A DNA stretch of 46,129 bases from an uncultured Lentimicrobiaceae bacterium (GTDB lineage: Bacteria; Bacteroidota; Bacteroidia; Bacteroidales; 4484-276): NCBI GenBank assembly GCA_964612515.1, contig CAZTCX010000006.1, forward strand, positions 1 to 46,129. The letters are read 5' to 3'. How positions within the stretch are numbered: position 1 is the stretch's first letter; every line of letters starts with the position of its first letter. Shown one piece after another: positions 22,702 through 31,916 of this stretch. A program made the translations under genes and the position numbers. The notes beneath the pieces are model-generated. The model was not told the DNA's origin. It ran no database searches and saw only the letters and a list, made by a program, of their open reading frames with translations.

Positions 22702-23325
22702 ATGGATTCACAATTCAAAAGCATTTTGTCCAATCTCCGTCTGCTTGCCATTCGCGAAGGAATGGCAAATCTTACGCTTGAAAGTATCTGCGAAAGACTT
22801 GATATTTCGCCTGAAATTCTTGCAAAATATGTAAAGAACGAACGTGATCTGGTGACCAAGGTGCTTGAATTTGAGCGGAGCCGTTTCATGGATATTTTTG
22901 AAGAATACGATTTTGAAGGGATGAATGCCATCGACATCCTGATGATCGTGAGCCGCGAAATTGCTGTGCGTTATTATGATGTAACGCCCACCATCAGCGT
23001 AATGCTCAAAGAAAGATTCCCAAAAATCTATCAGACGCACTTCCAAAAACGCAGCGATTTCATTTTTAAAAAAATACAAATCAATCTGCAAAAAGGCATC
23101 AGCCAGGGCATGTATCGCGACGACCTGAGCATAGAGCTGATTTCGCGCCTCTACATGAGCCGAATAATCGATATTCATAACGAAGAGATTTTTCCATCCG
23201 ACCAATTTTCCTTCGAAACGATTTACGAAGTCTTGTTTGAAAATTTCGTTCACAGTATCGCCACTCCCGAAGGTTTGCGCTATTTCGACCAGAAGCGCAA
23301 CAAGAAATCGCAATCAGCTAATTAG
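22702..23325 (+). CDS. TetR/AcrR-family transcriptional regulator (paralog 1)
   Basis: The N-terminal HTH-like segment is LTLESICERLDISPEILAKYVKNERDLV. The C-terminal half aligns with the next TetR: YPEIYKEH/FPKIYQTH, GIRQGIYR/ISQGMYR, FENHIRGIANAEGIAYFEQRK/FENFVHSIATPEGLRYFDQKR. ATG 22702 is preferred over TTG 22699. Confidence 0.7.
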   Translation: MDSQFKSILSNLRLLAIREGMANLTLESICERLDISPEILAKYVKNERDLVTKVLEFERSRFMDIFEEYDFEGMNAIDILMIVSREIAVRYYDVTPTISVMLKERFPKIYQTHFQKRSDFIFKKIQINLQKGISQGMYRDDLSIELISRLYMSRIIDIHNEEIFPSDQFSFETIYEVLFENFVHSIATPEGLRYFDQKRNKKSQSAN

Positions 23326-23535
23326 CACCATCCTTTTGGCCAAATCACGAACACCAATCCATAGATTCCTGTTTTAAAAATTCCAAAGCTTTAGCTAATC
23401 TGAGCATTTTAAATTTATGCTGTGAGATTTTTCTTTCACAATGGCTGCTTGTGAGAATTCTTAAAATCCTTCCGATTTATTTTTTTAAGACCTAATAAAA
23501 CAATTGTCGCTTTTGCTGGTTTATAATCGCCTTGA

Positions 23536-23560
23536 AAAACGTTTTACACTCAAAACGTTT
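23536..23560. promoter_or_regulatory. Two AAACGTTT-core palindromes, candidate TetR operator
   Basis: AAAACGTTTT (23536-23545, a perfect 10-bp palindrome) and AAAACGTTT (23552-23560) have centres 16 bp apart. They lie 27-51 bp upstream of the second TetR start. Confidence 0.45.
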
Positions 23561-23586
23561 CCATTGGGTTTATAAATTAGAAATTG

Positions 23587-24228
23587 ATGGCAACACATCT
23601 TCCGGACGACAAGCGCGGGCAAATCATAAGCGGCAGCATCGAACTGTTCAGGCAATTCGGCATACGCAGTATTTCGATGGACGACATTGCCCGGCAATTG
23701 GGTATTTCAAAGAAAACTTTGTATCAATATGTCGATAGCAAAACCGAGCTATTGCGGGAATCTTTTGCCCGGATGAACAACGACTTTTCGGAGGACGTCG
23801 TGGAGCTGCGCAGCAAAAACCTAAATGCCATCGACGAGTTGCTCGAGATGAGCCGCCGCGTAAACGAAGAGATTTCACAGTTTAGCATTTCCAATATTTA
23901 CGACCTTCAGAAATATTATCCTGAAATTTACAAAGAGCATCTGAACCAGAAAAAACAAGGAGCTTACGAATTTATCTGTGAAAACCTTCGTAATGGCATT
24001 CGGCAAGGCATTTACCGCAGCGAGCAGGATGTGGAACTTATCGCAGGATTTTACATACAGAAAATACAAAGCATGCACGACCCGGATTTTAAGGACAGCA
24101 CCGGCAAATCGTGCGATGAGATTTTTGCAGCCGTATTCGAGAATCACATCCGCGGCATCGCCAATGCTGAGGGCATCGCTTATTTTGAACAACGCAAACA
24201 ACATTACAATCCAACCGAAAAAATATGA
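23587..24228 (+). CDS. TetR/AcrR-family transcriptional regulator (paralog 2), first gene of the efflux operon
   Basis: It has the canonical TetR HTH IELFRQFGIRSISMDDIARQLGISKKTLYQYVDSKTELL. Its stop overlaps the tolC-like start (ATGA at 24225-24228). Confidence 0.85.
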   Translation: MATHLPDDKRGQIISGSIELFRQFGIRSISMDDIARQLGISKKTLYQYVDSKTELLRESFARMNNDFSEDVVELRSKNLNAIDELLEMSRRVNEEISQFSISNIYDLQKYYPEIYKEHLNQKKQGAYEFICENLRNGIRQGIYRSEQDVELIAGFYIQKIQSMHDPDFKDSTGKSCDEIFAAVFENHIRGIANAEGIAYFEQRKQHYNPTEKI

Positions 24229-25583
24229 ATAATAAAATGATAATCCTGTGGCTTGTGTTCGCAGCATTTTTGCCGCGGGCAATGGCGCAGCAGCCGCCTG
24301 AAGATACAGTGTTGTACTTTTCGCTGGACTCGGCGCGGGCTTTTGCCAGGGAGCACAATTACGACGTAATCAATGCGCTGAAAAGTATTGAGATTGCGCA
24401 CAAGCAGGTGAATGAAGTCCGCGGTATGGGATTGCCACAGGTGAGTGCAACGGTAGGCTATAACGACTTTATCAATATTCCTACGCAGCTTATCCCCGCT
24501 GAATTTTTCGGCGAGCCGGCCGGAACTTTTATCCCGATTAAGTTTGGAACGAAATACAATGTGTCTGCCGGAGCCACAGCTTCGATGTTGCTTTTTAGCG
24601 GCGAATACATCGTTGGCCTTCAGGCCTCCCGCACTTTTGTAGACATGTCGCAAAAGCAATACGACAAGGCCATTATCGAGCTCGATCAAAATGTGGCGCA
24701 GTCGTATTATCTGGTGCTCATTGCGGAGCGCAACCAGGCCATCATCGACTCCACGTTGCTTTCACTTTTGGAGATACAGAAAACCAATGAAGCACTTTAT
24801 CAAAATGGTTTTATCGAAGATACCGATTTGGATCAGGTGGATTTGCTCATCAGCGACCTGCGCGCCACGCTGCTCAATATCCAGAATAATCTGAAAGTAA
24901 GCCGCAACCTGCTCAAGTTTCAGATGGGTCTGAAACTCAACAACGAGATAGTCCTTACCGATGATCTGAATGTGTTGCTTGACAGGGTGGATCAGCAGGT
25001 GCTGCTGCAACAGCCGTTCGACTACCACCGATACATCGATTTCCGTTTGCTCGAAACCCAGCAGGAGCTGGCCAATCTTGATATGAAACGCTACAAATCG
25101 CAGTATCTGCCGCGGGTCTCCGCGTTTTTCAATTTTCAGGAAAACGGCTATCGGCAGGAATGGAACTTCTTTGACTCCGACGGCGATTGGTTTAAAACCA
25201 CAATCTGGGGCTTGCAACTCGATATTCCCATCTTCGAGAGTGGTAGCCGTTCGGCGCGGGTGAGCCAGGCGAAAATTAAAATTGATCAACTAAATGTAAC
25301 GCAGCAAAAACTCGAAAGCGGGCTTACCATTCAAGTTGAAACAGTCCGCAACAATTTCCTGAATGCCTGGAAAGTATATCAAAACAGGAAAGAGACCCGG
25401 GAGCTTGCGCTAAAAATCTATCGCAAAACCCAAACGAAACAGCGCGAAGGTGTCTCATCATCCCTTGAGCTTCAGCAGAATTACAACCAATATCTTAACA
25501 ACGAACGCGACTATGTGATGGCCGTGATGGAGCTGCTCAACAGCCAACTCGAATTACAGAAACTACTCACCGTGACGCCGTAA
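24225..25583 (+). CDS. TolC-family outer-membrane efflux protein
   Basis: 452 aa with a signal peptide (IILWLVFAAFLPRAMAQ). It has two-fold repeat architecture with the coiled-coil-rich composition typical of OEP/TolC, and sits in operon context with MFP and RND genes. Confidence 0.8.
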   Translation: MNNKMIILWLVFAAFLPRAMAQQPPEDTVLYFSLDSARAFAREHNYDVINALKSIEIAHKQVNEVRGMGLPQVSATVGYNDFINIPTQLIPAEFFGEPAGTFIPIKFGTKYNVSAGATASMLLFSGEYIVGLQASRTFVDMSQKQYDKAIIELDQNVAQSYYLVLIAERNQAIIDSTLLSLLEIQKTNEALYQNGFIEDTDLDQVDLLISDLRATLLNIQNNLKVSRNLLKFQMGLKLNNEIVLTDDLNVLLDRVDQQVLLQQPFDYHRYIDFRLLETQQELANLDMKRYKSQYLPRVSAFFNFQENGYRQEWNFFDSDGDWFKTTIWGLQLDIPIFESGSRSARVSQAKIKIDQLNVTQQKLESGLTIQVETVRNNFLNAWKVYQNRKETRELALKIYRKTQTKQREGVSSSLELQQNYNQYLNNERDYVMAVMELLNSQLELQKLLTVTP

Positions 25584-25631
25584 ATCATTCAAAGCATACT
25601 ATTTAGATATTAATAAAAGCATTTTATCAAA

Positions 25632-26801
25632 ATGAAAACAAAATCAATAACAACATTTAATATGCGTCAGGTTGCGATGATGATGGCTCTGGCTGTGCTA
25701 ATATTTGCAGCAGCATCCTGTGGTAATAAAGAGGACAAAGCGGAAAAGCTGAAAGATTTGCGAAAGCAAAAAATAGGGCTGGATCAACAAATCAATGACC
25801 TCGAAAAGCAACTGGCTGCCGAAGGGCGAAACCCTGATGAAGCGCGGAAAATTCCAGCGGTCAATGCTCAGATCATGTCGCCCGAGAAATTCGAGCATTT
25901 TATCGAAGTGCGCGGGAGCGTGGAATCCGACAACAACATATTTGTTCCGGCACAGCGTTCGGGCATTGTCACCCGGTTGCTGGTTGCCAAAGGTGACCAT
26001 GTGAAAAAAGGACAACTGATGGCCGAGCTCGACAACGAAAGCATTAGCCAGACCATCCGCGAAATAAAAAATGGATTGAGCCTGGCAACCACCCTATACG
26101 AGCGGCAGAAAAACCTTTGGGATCAGAAGATAGGCACTGAAGTGCAATATTTGCAAGCCAAAACCAGCAAAGAAGACCTGGAGATTAAACTTAAAAACGC
26201 ACAATCCGAACTCGACAAAACGCGCATTTATTCACCCATCAACGGCGTGGTGGACGTGGTGATACTCAAAGAAGGTGAAGCTGCCAGTCCAAATGTAGGG
26301 GCCATCCGCGTATCGAATCTTTCCAAGCAAAAGGTAATTGCGATGATATCCGAAAGCTATCTCACCGACATTCGCACCGGAGATAGCGTAAAAGTGACCC
26401 TGCCGGTGGCCGATCTGCAACTAAAGGCTGTAGTTTCGGCAATATCGCAGGTGATCGATCCAAACAACCGCACCATCGCCATTGAGGTATTGCTGCCCGA
26501 CGATAACCGCATCAATCCGAACATGTTGGCCGTGCTTAGGCTAAATGATTACACCAATCCCAACGCGCTGGTAGTCCCGATAAATGCGGTGCAACAAGCC
26601 GAGAACAAAAACTATGTGTTCGTTGCCACGAAAAAAGATGACACCTGGGTGGCCGAATTGCGCGACGTAAAGATGGGCCGCTACAGCGAAGATGAAGTAG
26701 AAATTACCGATGGGCTAATGCCCGGTGAGGTGGTGATTACTTTTGGTTTTAATAATATCTCCGTCGGCGATCCGGTGAAGTTAGATTTCGACAACCGATA
26801 A
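25632..26801 (+). CDS. Efflux RND transporter periplasmic adaptor (MFP/HlyD family) lipoprotein
   Basis: It has the lipobox LIFAAASC, a coiled-coil hairpin region, a lipoyl-like motif (GDHVKKGQLMAELD ... IYSPINGVV) and a C-terminal beta-barrel region. Confidence 0.85.
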   Translation: MKTKSITTFNMRQVAMMMALAVLIFAAASCGNKEDKAEKLKDLRKQKIGLDQQINDLEKQLAAEGRNPDEARKIPAVNAQIMSPEKFEHFIEVRGSVESDNNIFVPAQRSGIVTRLLVAKGDHVKKGQLMAELDNESISQTIREIKNGLSLATTLYERQKNLWDQKIGTEVQYLQAKTSKEDLEIKLKNAQSELDKTRIYSPINGVVDVVILKEGEAASPNVGAIRVSNLSKQKVIAMISESYLTDIRTGDSVKVTLPVADLQLKAVVSAISQVIDPNNRTIAIEVLLPDDNRINPNMLAVLRLNDYTNPNALVVPINAVQQAENKNYVFVATKKDDTWVAELRDVKMGRYSEDEVEITDGLMPGEVVITFGFNNISVGDPVKLDFDNR

Positions 26802-26814
26802 ACGATAAGCAAGG

Positions 26815-29800
26815 ATGAAAAAAGAAAGAACGTTCAGCCTGACCAACATGGCGGTGAACAACCGCGTGACGGTTTACATTTTTATGATCATACTTATTGT
26901 CGCCGGCGTTGTGGCTTATAATATTACGCCCAAAGAGAAATTTCCCGAAGTAACTTTTCCCTATTTTTCCGTGGCCACCATCTATGCCGGCACTTCGCCC
27001 GAAGACATGGTGAACCTGGTGACGCACCACATCGAGAAAGAGCTGAAGAGCGTGAAAGGCGTCAAGAAGATCAGCAGTAACAGCATTCAGGATTTCTCGT
27101 TGATATTTATCGAATTTGAAACCAACGTGGATGAAAACCGCGCCATGCAGGATGTGAAAGATGCCGTGGACAAAGCCAAGCCCAACCTCCCGCCGGAGCT
27201 TTCGGTGGAGCCTAACCAGTTGCCGGAAGTCACCCGAATTGACCTGAGCGAAATACCCGTTCTCAACATCAGTTTGTCGGGAAACCTGGGATTGGTAAAG
27301 ATTAAAGAATATGCCGAAGACCTGCAGGATAGGATAGAAGGGCTGCAGGAGATTACACGCGTTGACATCCTGGGAGCCCTCGATCGCGAGATTCAGGTAA
27401 ACGTAGATCTTTATAAAATGCAATCGGCTGGCGTTACTTTCGATCAGATCGTCAACACCATCCGTCTGGAAAATATGACCATCACCGCCGGCATGCTCGA
27501 TGTAGGCCTGATGAAACGTAACATGCGCATCGTCGGTGAATTTAAAAACCCAAAACAGCTTCGCCAGGTTTTGATAAAAGAGGGCGTGTACCTGAGCGAC
27601 ATCGCTGATATCAACGATGGCTTCAAAGATCGCGAGAGCTATTCGCGGATGGAAGGCCAGGATGTGATAACGTTGGATGTGATAAAGAAAAGTGGTAAAA
27701 ATCTGATCATTTCCATCGACAAAATCAAAGATATTCTCAGAGATTTTAAAGCGGAAGTGCCTGCCAACCTGGAGATAAAAGCCACTGGCGACCAAAGCAC
27801 CATGACGCGCAACAACGTCAGCAACCTTTTTAATACCATCATCCTTGGTTTTTTGGTAGTAACGCTGGTACTGATGTTTTTTATGGGTGTGGACAATGCG
27901 CTATTCGTCGCGGTAGCCATCCCATTGAGTATGATTATCGCTTTCATTTTTATCCCACTCATCGGCTTTACGATGAACATGGTGGTGCTCATGGCATTTA
28001 TCCTGGTGCTGGGCATTGTGGTTGATAACTCCATCGTGGTGGTCGAAAACATTTACCGCCATTTTATGAATACGCCCAACCTGACCATCGAAGATGCCAC
28101 GCGCAAATCAGTGGCTGAGGTCGCGTTGCCTGTTTTTACGGGAACACTTACCACGGTGCTTCCATTTGTACCGCTTGCATTCTGGCCGGGAATCATTGGC
28201 AGTTTCATGCTCTATATTCCTGTCACGCTCATCATCACGCTTACGGCTTCTATGCTGGTGGCTTACATAGCGAATCCGGTATTTGCGGTTACTTTTATGC
28301 GCTATCGTGGGCAGCATGCACATCGCCGCACTATGGGCTACAAGGAAATTTATCTCATGGTGGCTACTGCAATTTTTGCTGTAATAATGTACGTTGCCGG
28401 TGTGTTTTGGGCTGGTAATCTGCTGGTGTTCATCGTCCTGATTTGGCTTTTCACCAAGTTTGTCTTGTTTTATCTTATCGAAAAATTTCAAAAGCATGTA
28501 ATCCCGGCGATAATGAATGCCTATCGGCGAACGCTCGAGTTTGTGCTGGCCGGAATAATGCCTTATGTGGTAATATCTGCAACGGTTTTGCTGCTGTTCT
28601 TTACTTTTTATTTGATGGGTGTGGCTCCTCCCAAAGTGGTGTTTTTCCCTGAGGGCGATCCCAACAATATTTATGTTTACATCACTATGCCAGCAGGCAC
28701 TGACATTGAGGTTACCAACCGTGTGACCAAACAGGTGGAGGATTCGGTTTTTTCAATCATCGGGCGAAACAATCATGACGTCGAATCGGTGATAAGCAGC
28801 GTGGCAATCAATGCCGGACAAAACGTTTTTGAACGAACCACGCAGGCACGGCTGGCCAAAATCTCGATCAATTTTGAAGAATATCAATACCGTACCGGAC
28901 AAAACACCAGCGACCTGCTCACCATACTCCGTAACCGCCTCTATGGAATTGCCGGCGCACAAATCATCGTAGACCGCGAAAGCTCAGGCCCACCCACCGG
29001 AAAACCTGTCAATCTCGAAATCCGTGGGGATTCCAAAAAACCTTTCCGCGAACTTGTAGCCGTGAGTGAGCGCACCAAAAGCATCATCGACTCGCTCAAC
29101 ATCGCTGGTATCGAAGATTTGAAATCGGATGCCGATATCGAAAAGCCGGAAGTGATTGTGGATGTCGATCGTATCAAAGCAAATCAATATGGCATCAGCA
29201 CTGCCTACATTGGTGGAACTTTACGAACAGCGCTATATGGAAGCACCGCTTCAAAATACCGCGAAGGCGAAGACGAATACCCCATCAACGTGCGCCTGCA
29301 GGAGCGTTACCGCAAAAAAATAAATGACCTGATGAACATGAGAATTCCGGTGCCGGGCGGCCCGGATGGCGTACGTGAAATTCCACTTTCGGCAATAGCT
29401 TCAATCCGGTACGAAAATTCTTTTGGCGGTATCAAACATCAGGAATATCGACCCACCATCACACTTTCGTCCAACGTGCTGGCTGGATACAATGCCAACG
29501 AGATTGTTAAACAAATTCAATCCACTTTGACCAATGTGGAGCTCCCTCACGGATACGAGTACGTTTTTACGGGCGAACAGCAAGACCAGGAGGAGTCGGC
29601 CAATTTCCTTGCACTGGCATTTCTCATCGCTGTTGCTTCCGTATTTCTTGTGCTGGTAGCGCAGTTCAACTCACTTGCCAAGCCCCTCATCATTATGTTG
29701 CAGGTAGTTTTTAGTATGATTGGAGTTTTCCTGTTTACCATCATTTTCGGCATGTCTATTTCGGTGGTAATGACGGGGATGGGGCTGATTGCTGTGATTG

Positions 29801-30177
29801 GAATTGTTGTCAAAAACGCCATCATCCTCATCGACTACACCGATTTGCTGGTTGCCGACGGCACCGATTTTAAAGAGGCTGTGATCACGGGCGGCGCGAT
29901 ACGTCTTACGCCGGTGGTGCTTACGGCTGCCTCCACAGTTTTCGGGCTGTTGCCACTGGCCATCGGTATGAACATTGATTTTGAAACGCTTTTTACCGAC
30001 CTTGATCCTAATATTTATTTTGGCGGCGACAGCGCAGCCTTCTGGAATCCTTTGGCATGGACCATCATCTTCGGACTTATCTTCGCCACTTTCCTTACCT
30101 TGGTGGTCGTTCCCGCAATGTATTATCTTGTTTTTCGCCGAAAGGCAGCAAAAGAAGTAGCTGTCGCTAAACAGTAA
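26815..30177 (+). CDS. Efflux RND transporter permease (AcrB/AcrD/AcrF superfamily)
   Basis: 1,120 aa. It has TM1 followed by a large periplasmic loop, duplicated, and the conserved LVLGIVVDNSIVVVENI and VIGIVVKNAIILID motifs in TM4 and TM10. Confidence 0.9.
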   Translation: MKKERTFSLTNMAVNNRVTVYIFMIILIVAGVVAYNITPKEKFPEVTFPYFSVATIYAGTSPEDMVNLVTHHIEKELKSVKGVKKISSNSIQDFSLIFIEFETNVDENRAMQDVKDAVDKAKPNLPPELSVEPNQLPEVTRIDLSEIPVLNISLSGNLGLVKIKEYAEDLQDRIEGLQEITRVDILGALDREIQVNVDLYKMQSAGVTFDQIVNTIRLENMTITAGMLDVGLMKRNMRIVGEFKNPKQLRQVLIKEGVYLSDIADINDGFKDRESYSRMEGQDVITLDVIKKSGKNLIISIDKIKDILRDFKAEVPANLEIKATGDQSTMTRNNVSNLFNTIILGFLVVTLVLMFFMGVDNALFVAVAIPLSMIIAFIFIPLIGFTMNMVVLMAFILVLGIVVDNSIVVVENIYRHFMNTPNLTIEDATRKSVAEVALPVFTGTLTTVLPFVPLAFWPGIIGSFMLYIPVTLIITLTASMLVAYIANPVFAVTFMRYRGQHAHRRTMGYKEIYLMVATAIFAVIMYVAGVFWAGNLLVFIVLIWLFTKFVLFYLIEKFQKHVIPAIMNAYRRTLEFVLAGIMPYVVISATVLLLFFTFYLMGVAPPKVVFFPEGDPNNIYVYITMPAGTDIEVTNRVTKQVEDSVFSIIGRNNHDVESVISSVAINAGQNVFERTTQARLAKISINFEEYQYRTGQNTSDLLTILRNRLYGIAGAQIIVDRESSGPPTGKPVNLEIRGDSKKPFRELVAVSERTKSIIDSLNIAGIEDLKSDADIEKPEVIVDVDRIKANQYGISTAYIGGTLRTALYGSTASKYREGEDEYPINVRLQERYRKKINDLMNMRIPVPGGPDGVREIPLSAIASIRYENSFGGIKHQEYRPTITLSSNVLAGYNANEIVKQIQSTLTNVELPHGYEYVFTGEQQDQEESANFLALAFLIAVASVFLVLVAQFNSLAKPLIIMLQVVFSMIGVFLFTIIFGMSISVVMTGMGLIAVIGIVVKNAIILIDYTDLLVADGTDFKEAVITGGAIRLTPVVLTAASTVFGLLPLAIGMNIDFETLFTDLDPNIYFGGDSAAFWNPLAWTIIFGLIFATFLTLVVVPAMYYLVFRRKAAKEVAVAKQ

Positions 30178-30230
30178 AGAACTGTGGATTATATTTGCAG
30201 CTAATGCAAAAAACGAAAGTGATGATAATT

Positions 30231-30941
30231 ATGAAAAAATCCGCTGGAACCGCAGCTATCTTTACATTGCTACTCCTGTTTGGCTGGGGATGCAACAACC
30301 ATCTGGACACGCCCGATGATATTACGCCCGTTACGCACCTCGATTCAGTTGGCTACATCATTGGCTACGACTATGGAAAAGGCATTCGCGATCAACAAAT
30401 CGATGCCAATCCACTCATGATTTACAAGGGCTTGTACGATGCACTGAATCATCACGACTATTATTTTAGCGACAGCACCAAAGCGCGTCTGGTAAGAAGC
30501 TTTCAGCGGGAAGTGGACTCGATGGAGCAAATACGCTTTCGCAAAATGGTGGCTCAGAACAAAGAAGCCGGAAGTGTTTTTATGGAAAAGAATAAGAAGG
30601 CAGAAGGTGTGAAAGTTTTACCGAGCGGTTTGCAATATAAAATTCTGAAACCGGGAGTTGGCAAACAATATCCGGCGCTCACCGACAGCGTCACCATTCA
30701 TTACCGCGCCATGTACACCGACCGAACTACCTTTGATATGTCCTACGAAACCGGGCCAATAAGCATTCGCATAAATCATCTGGTGAAGGGGCTTCAGGAA
30801 GGAATCCAATTGATGCACCCGGGAGCAATCTTCGAATTTTACATTCCGTCACAACTGGGCTATGGCGATCAAAACTATCTGGATATGATCCCCGGCGGAA
30901 GCACCATCATTTACAACGTCGAACTCATCATAATTCATTAA
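30231..30941 (+). CDS. FKBP-type peptidyl-prolyl cis-trans isomerase (FkpA/Mip-like lipoprotein)
   Basis: The FKBP core is VLPSGLQYKILKPGVGKQYPALTDSVTIHYRAMYTDRTTFD...LVKGLQEGIQLMHPGAIFEFYIPSQLGYGD. ATG 30231 gives MKKSAGTAAIFTLLLLFGWGC (lipobox). The track start at 30195 is a TTG. Confidence 0.85.
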   Translation: MKKSAGTAAIFTLLLLFGWGCNNHLDTPDDITPVTHLDSVGYIIGYDYGKGIRDQQIDANPLMIYKGLYDALNHHDYYFSDSTKARLVRSFQREVDSMEQIRFRKMVAQNKEAGSVFMEKNKKAEGVKVLPSGLQYKILKPGVGKQYPALTDSVTIHYRAMYTDRTTFDMSYETGPISIRINHLVKGLQEGIQLMHPGAIFEFYIPSQLGYGDQNYLDMIPGGSTIIYNVELIIIH

Positions 30942-30951
30942 TAAAAAAATT

Positions 30952-31404
30952 ATGCGGGCGGTAATACAACGGGTACAGCAAGCCAGCGTTAGCATTGGCG
31001 GTAACGTCTATTCTAAAATCAACATAGGGATTCTCATCTTGTTGGGAATCGAAGAGGCCGACACCGATGAGGACATCAAATGGCTGAGTGGGAAAATTAC
31101 GCGGCTTCGTATTTTTGATGACGCCGATGGAGTGATGAATAAATCCGTTATCGAAGCCAATGGAGAAGTGCTGGTGGTAAGCCAGTTTACGTTGCATGCT
31201 TCCACCAAAAAAGGAAACCGCCCCAGCTACATCAAGGCTGCACGACCCGAAACAGCTATCCCGCTTTATGAAAAGTTTGTTTCCCAAATCAGCCATGATA
31301 CCGGAAAAGCCGCTGCCACTGGCGAATTTGGCGCCAACATGCAAATAGCCTTAGTAAATGACGGGCCTGTAACGCTCATCATCGATACCAAAAACCGGGA
31401 TTAA
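30952..31404 (+). CDS. dtd: D-aminoacyl-tRNA deacylase
   Basis: 150 aa, with MRAVIQRV...ILLGIEEADTDED...LVVSQFTL...GNRPSY...GEFGANMQIALVNDGPVT. This is a near-consensus Dtd sequence. Confidence 0.9.
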   Translation: MRAVIQRVQQASVSIGGNVYSKINIGILILLGIEEADTDEDIKWLSGKITRLRIFDDADGVMNKSVIEANGEVLVVSQFTLHASTKKGNRPSYIKAARPETAIPLYEKFVSQISHDTGKAAATGEFGANMQIALVNDGPVTLIIDTKNRD

Positions 31405-31811
31405 TCCTGGAAGTTGAAAACATATTCTTTGGCCATATCCGGGTGTAAACTCTGAAATACCGGACAGGTATTGGCCGCCAGCCTGATAATCTTCTTTTCC
31501 TTTTCGGAATATTTCACCTTTGGGAAATTAAAAACCACCGTTACTGCGCTTACTCTTCGTGGGTTGGCAGCCATAATTTTGGTTACATCAATGGTGGTTC
31601 CATCGATGTTGAAGCCGTGCTCGCGGGCAGCAATGCCCATGATGGTAACCGCACAGGCGCCCATGGAGGTAGCCAATAAATCGGTAGGCGAAAAGGCCTC
31701 ACCACGGCCCTGGTTATCGGGAGGCGCGTCGGTAATAAACTGCTGACCCGATAGCTGATGGGTGACTTGTGTACGCAGTCCGCCCAGGTATTCGATGCTG
31801 GATGTTTTCAA
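31401..31811 (-). CDS. OsmC-family protein (peroxiredoxin-like)
   Basis: 136 aa, with G.GEAFSPTDLLATSMGACAVTIM and ...LAANTCPV motifs carrying the two conserved OsmC/Ohr cysteines. Confidence 0.75.
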   Translation of the reverse strand: MKTSSIEYLGGLRTQVTHQLSGQQFITDAPPDNQGRGEAFSPTDLLATSMGACAVTIMGIAAREHGFNIDGTTIDVTKIMAANPRRVSAVTVVFNFPKVKYSEKEKKIIRLAANTCPVFQSLHPDMAKEYVFNFQD

Positions 31812-31840
31812 TACTTTGTACGTTACATTGTGATTTCAAT

Positions 31841-31872
31841 AAACAAAAAAACCCCGCCGGGGAGGCGGGGAC
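31841..31872 (-). terminator. Rho-independent terminator downstream of the small Cys-rich gene
   Basis: CCCCGCC-gggga-GGCGGGG forms the stem (31852-31858 / 31864-31870). Read on the minus strand, it is followed by TTTTTTTGTTT. Confidence 0.7.
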
Positions 31873-31916
31873 AAAAAAATGAAATGAAAAAATTATCTCT
31901 CTCTTTCTCTAACAAA

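Noticed and set aside
22708-23313. A 201-aa minus-strand ORF almost exactly antisense to the first TetR gene.
   Set aside because: The plus-strand product aligns to the neighbouring TetR paralog and has an HTH. The antisense product has no recognisable motifs.
23421-23456. TGTGAGA...TCACA and a second TGTGAGA between the two TetR genes, resembling a CRP-like half-site pair.
   Set aside because: The spacing (10 nt between TGTGA and TCACA) does not fit the TGTGA-N6-TCACA consensus, and no CRP/FNR-type regulator is nearby. The AAACGTTT palindromes are the better operator candidate.
26749-27795. A 348-aa minus-strand ORF inside the RND permease gene. Similar long antisense ORFs lie at 40332-41108 (in sdhB) and 42304-43050 (in sdhA).
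   Set aside because: The opposite strands encode unmistakable RND, SdhB and SdhA proteins with conserved motifs. These are antisense shadows.
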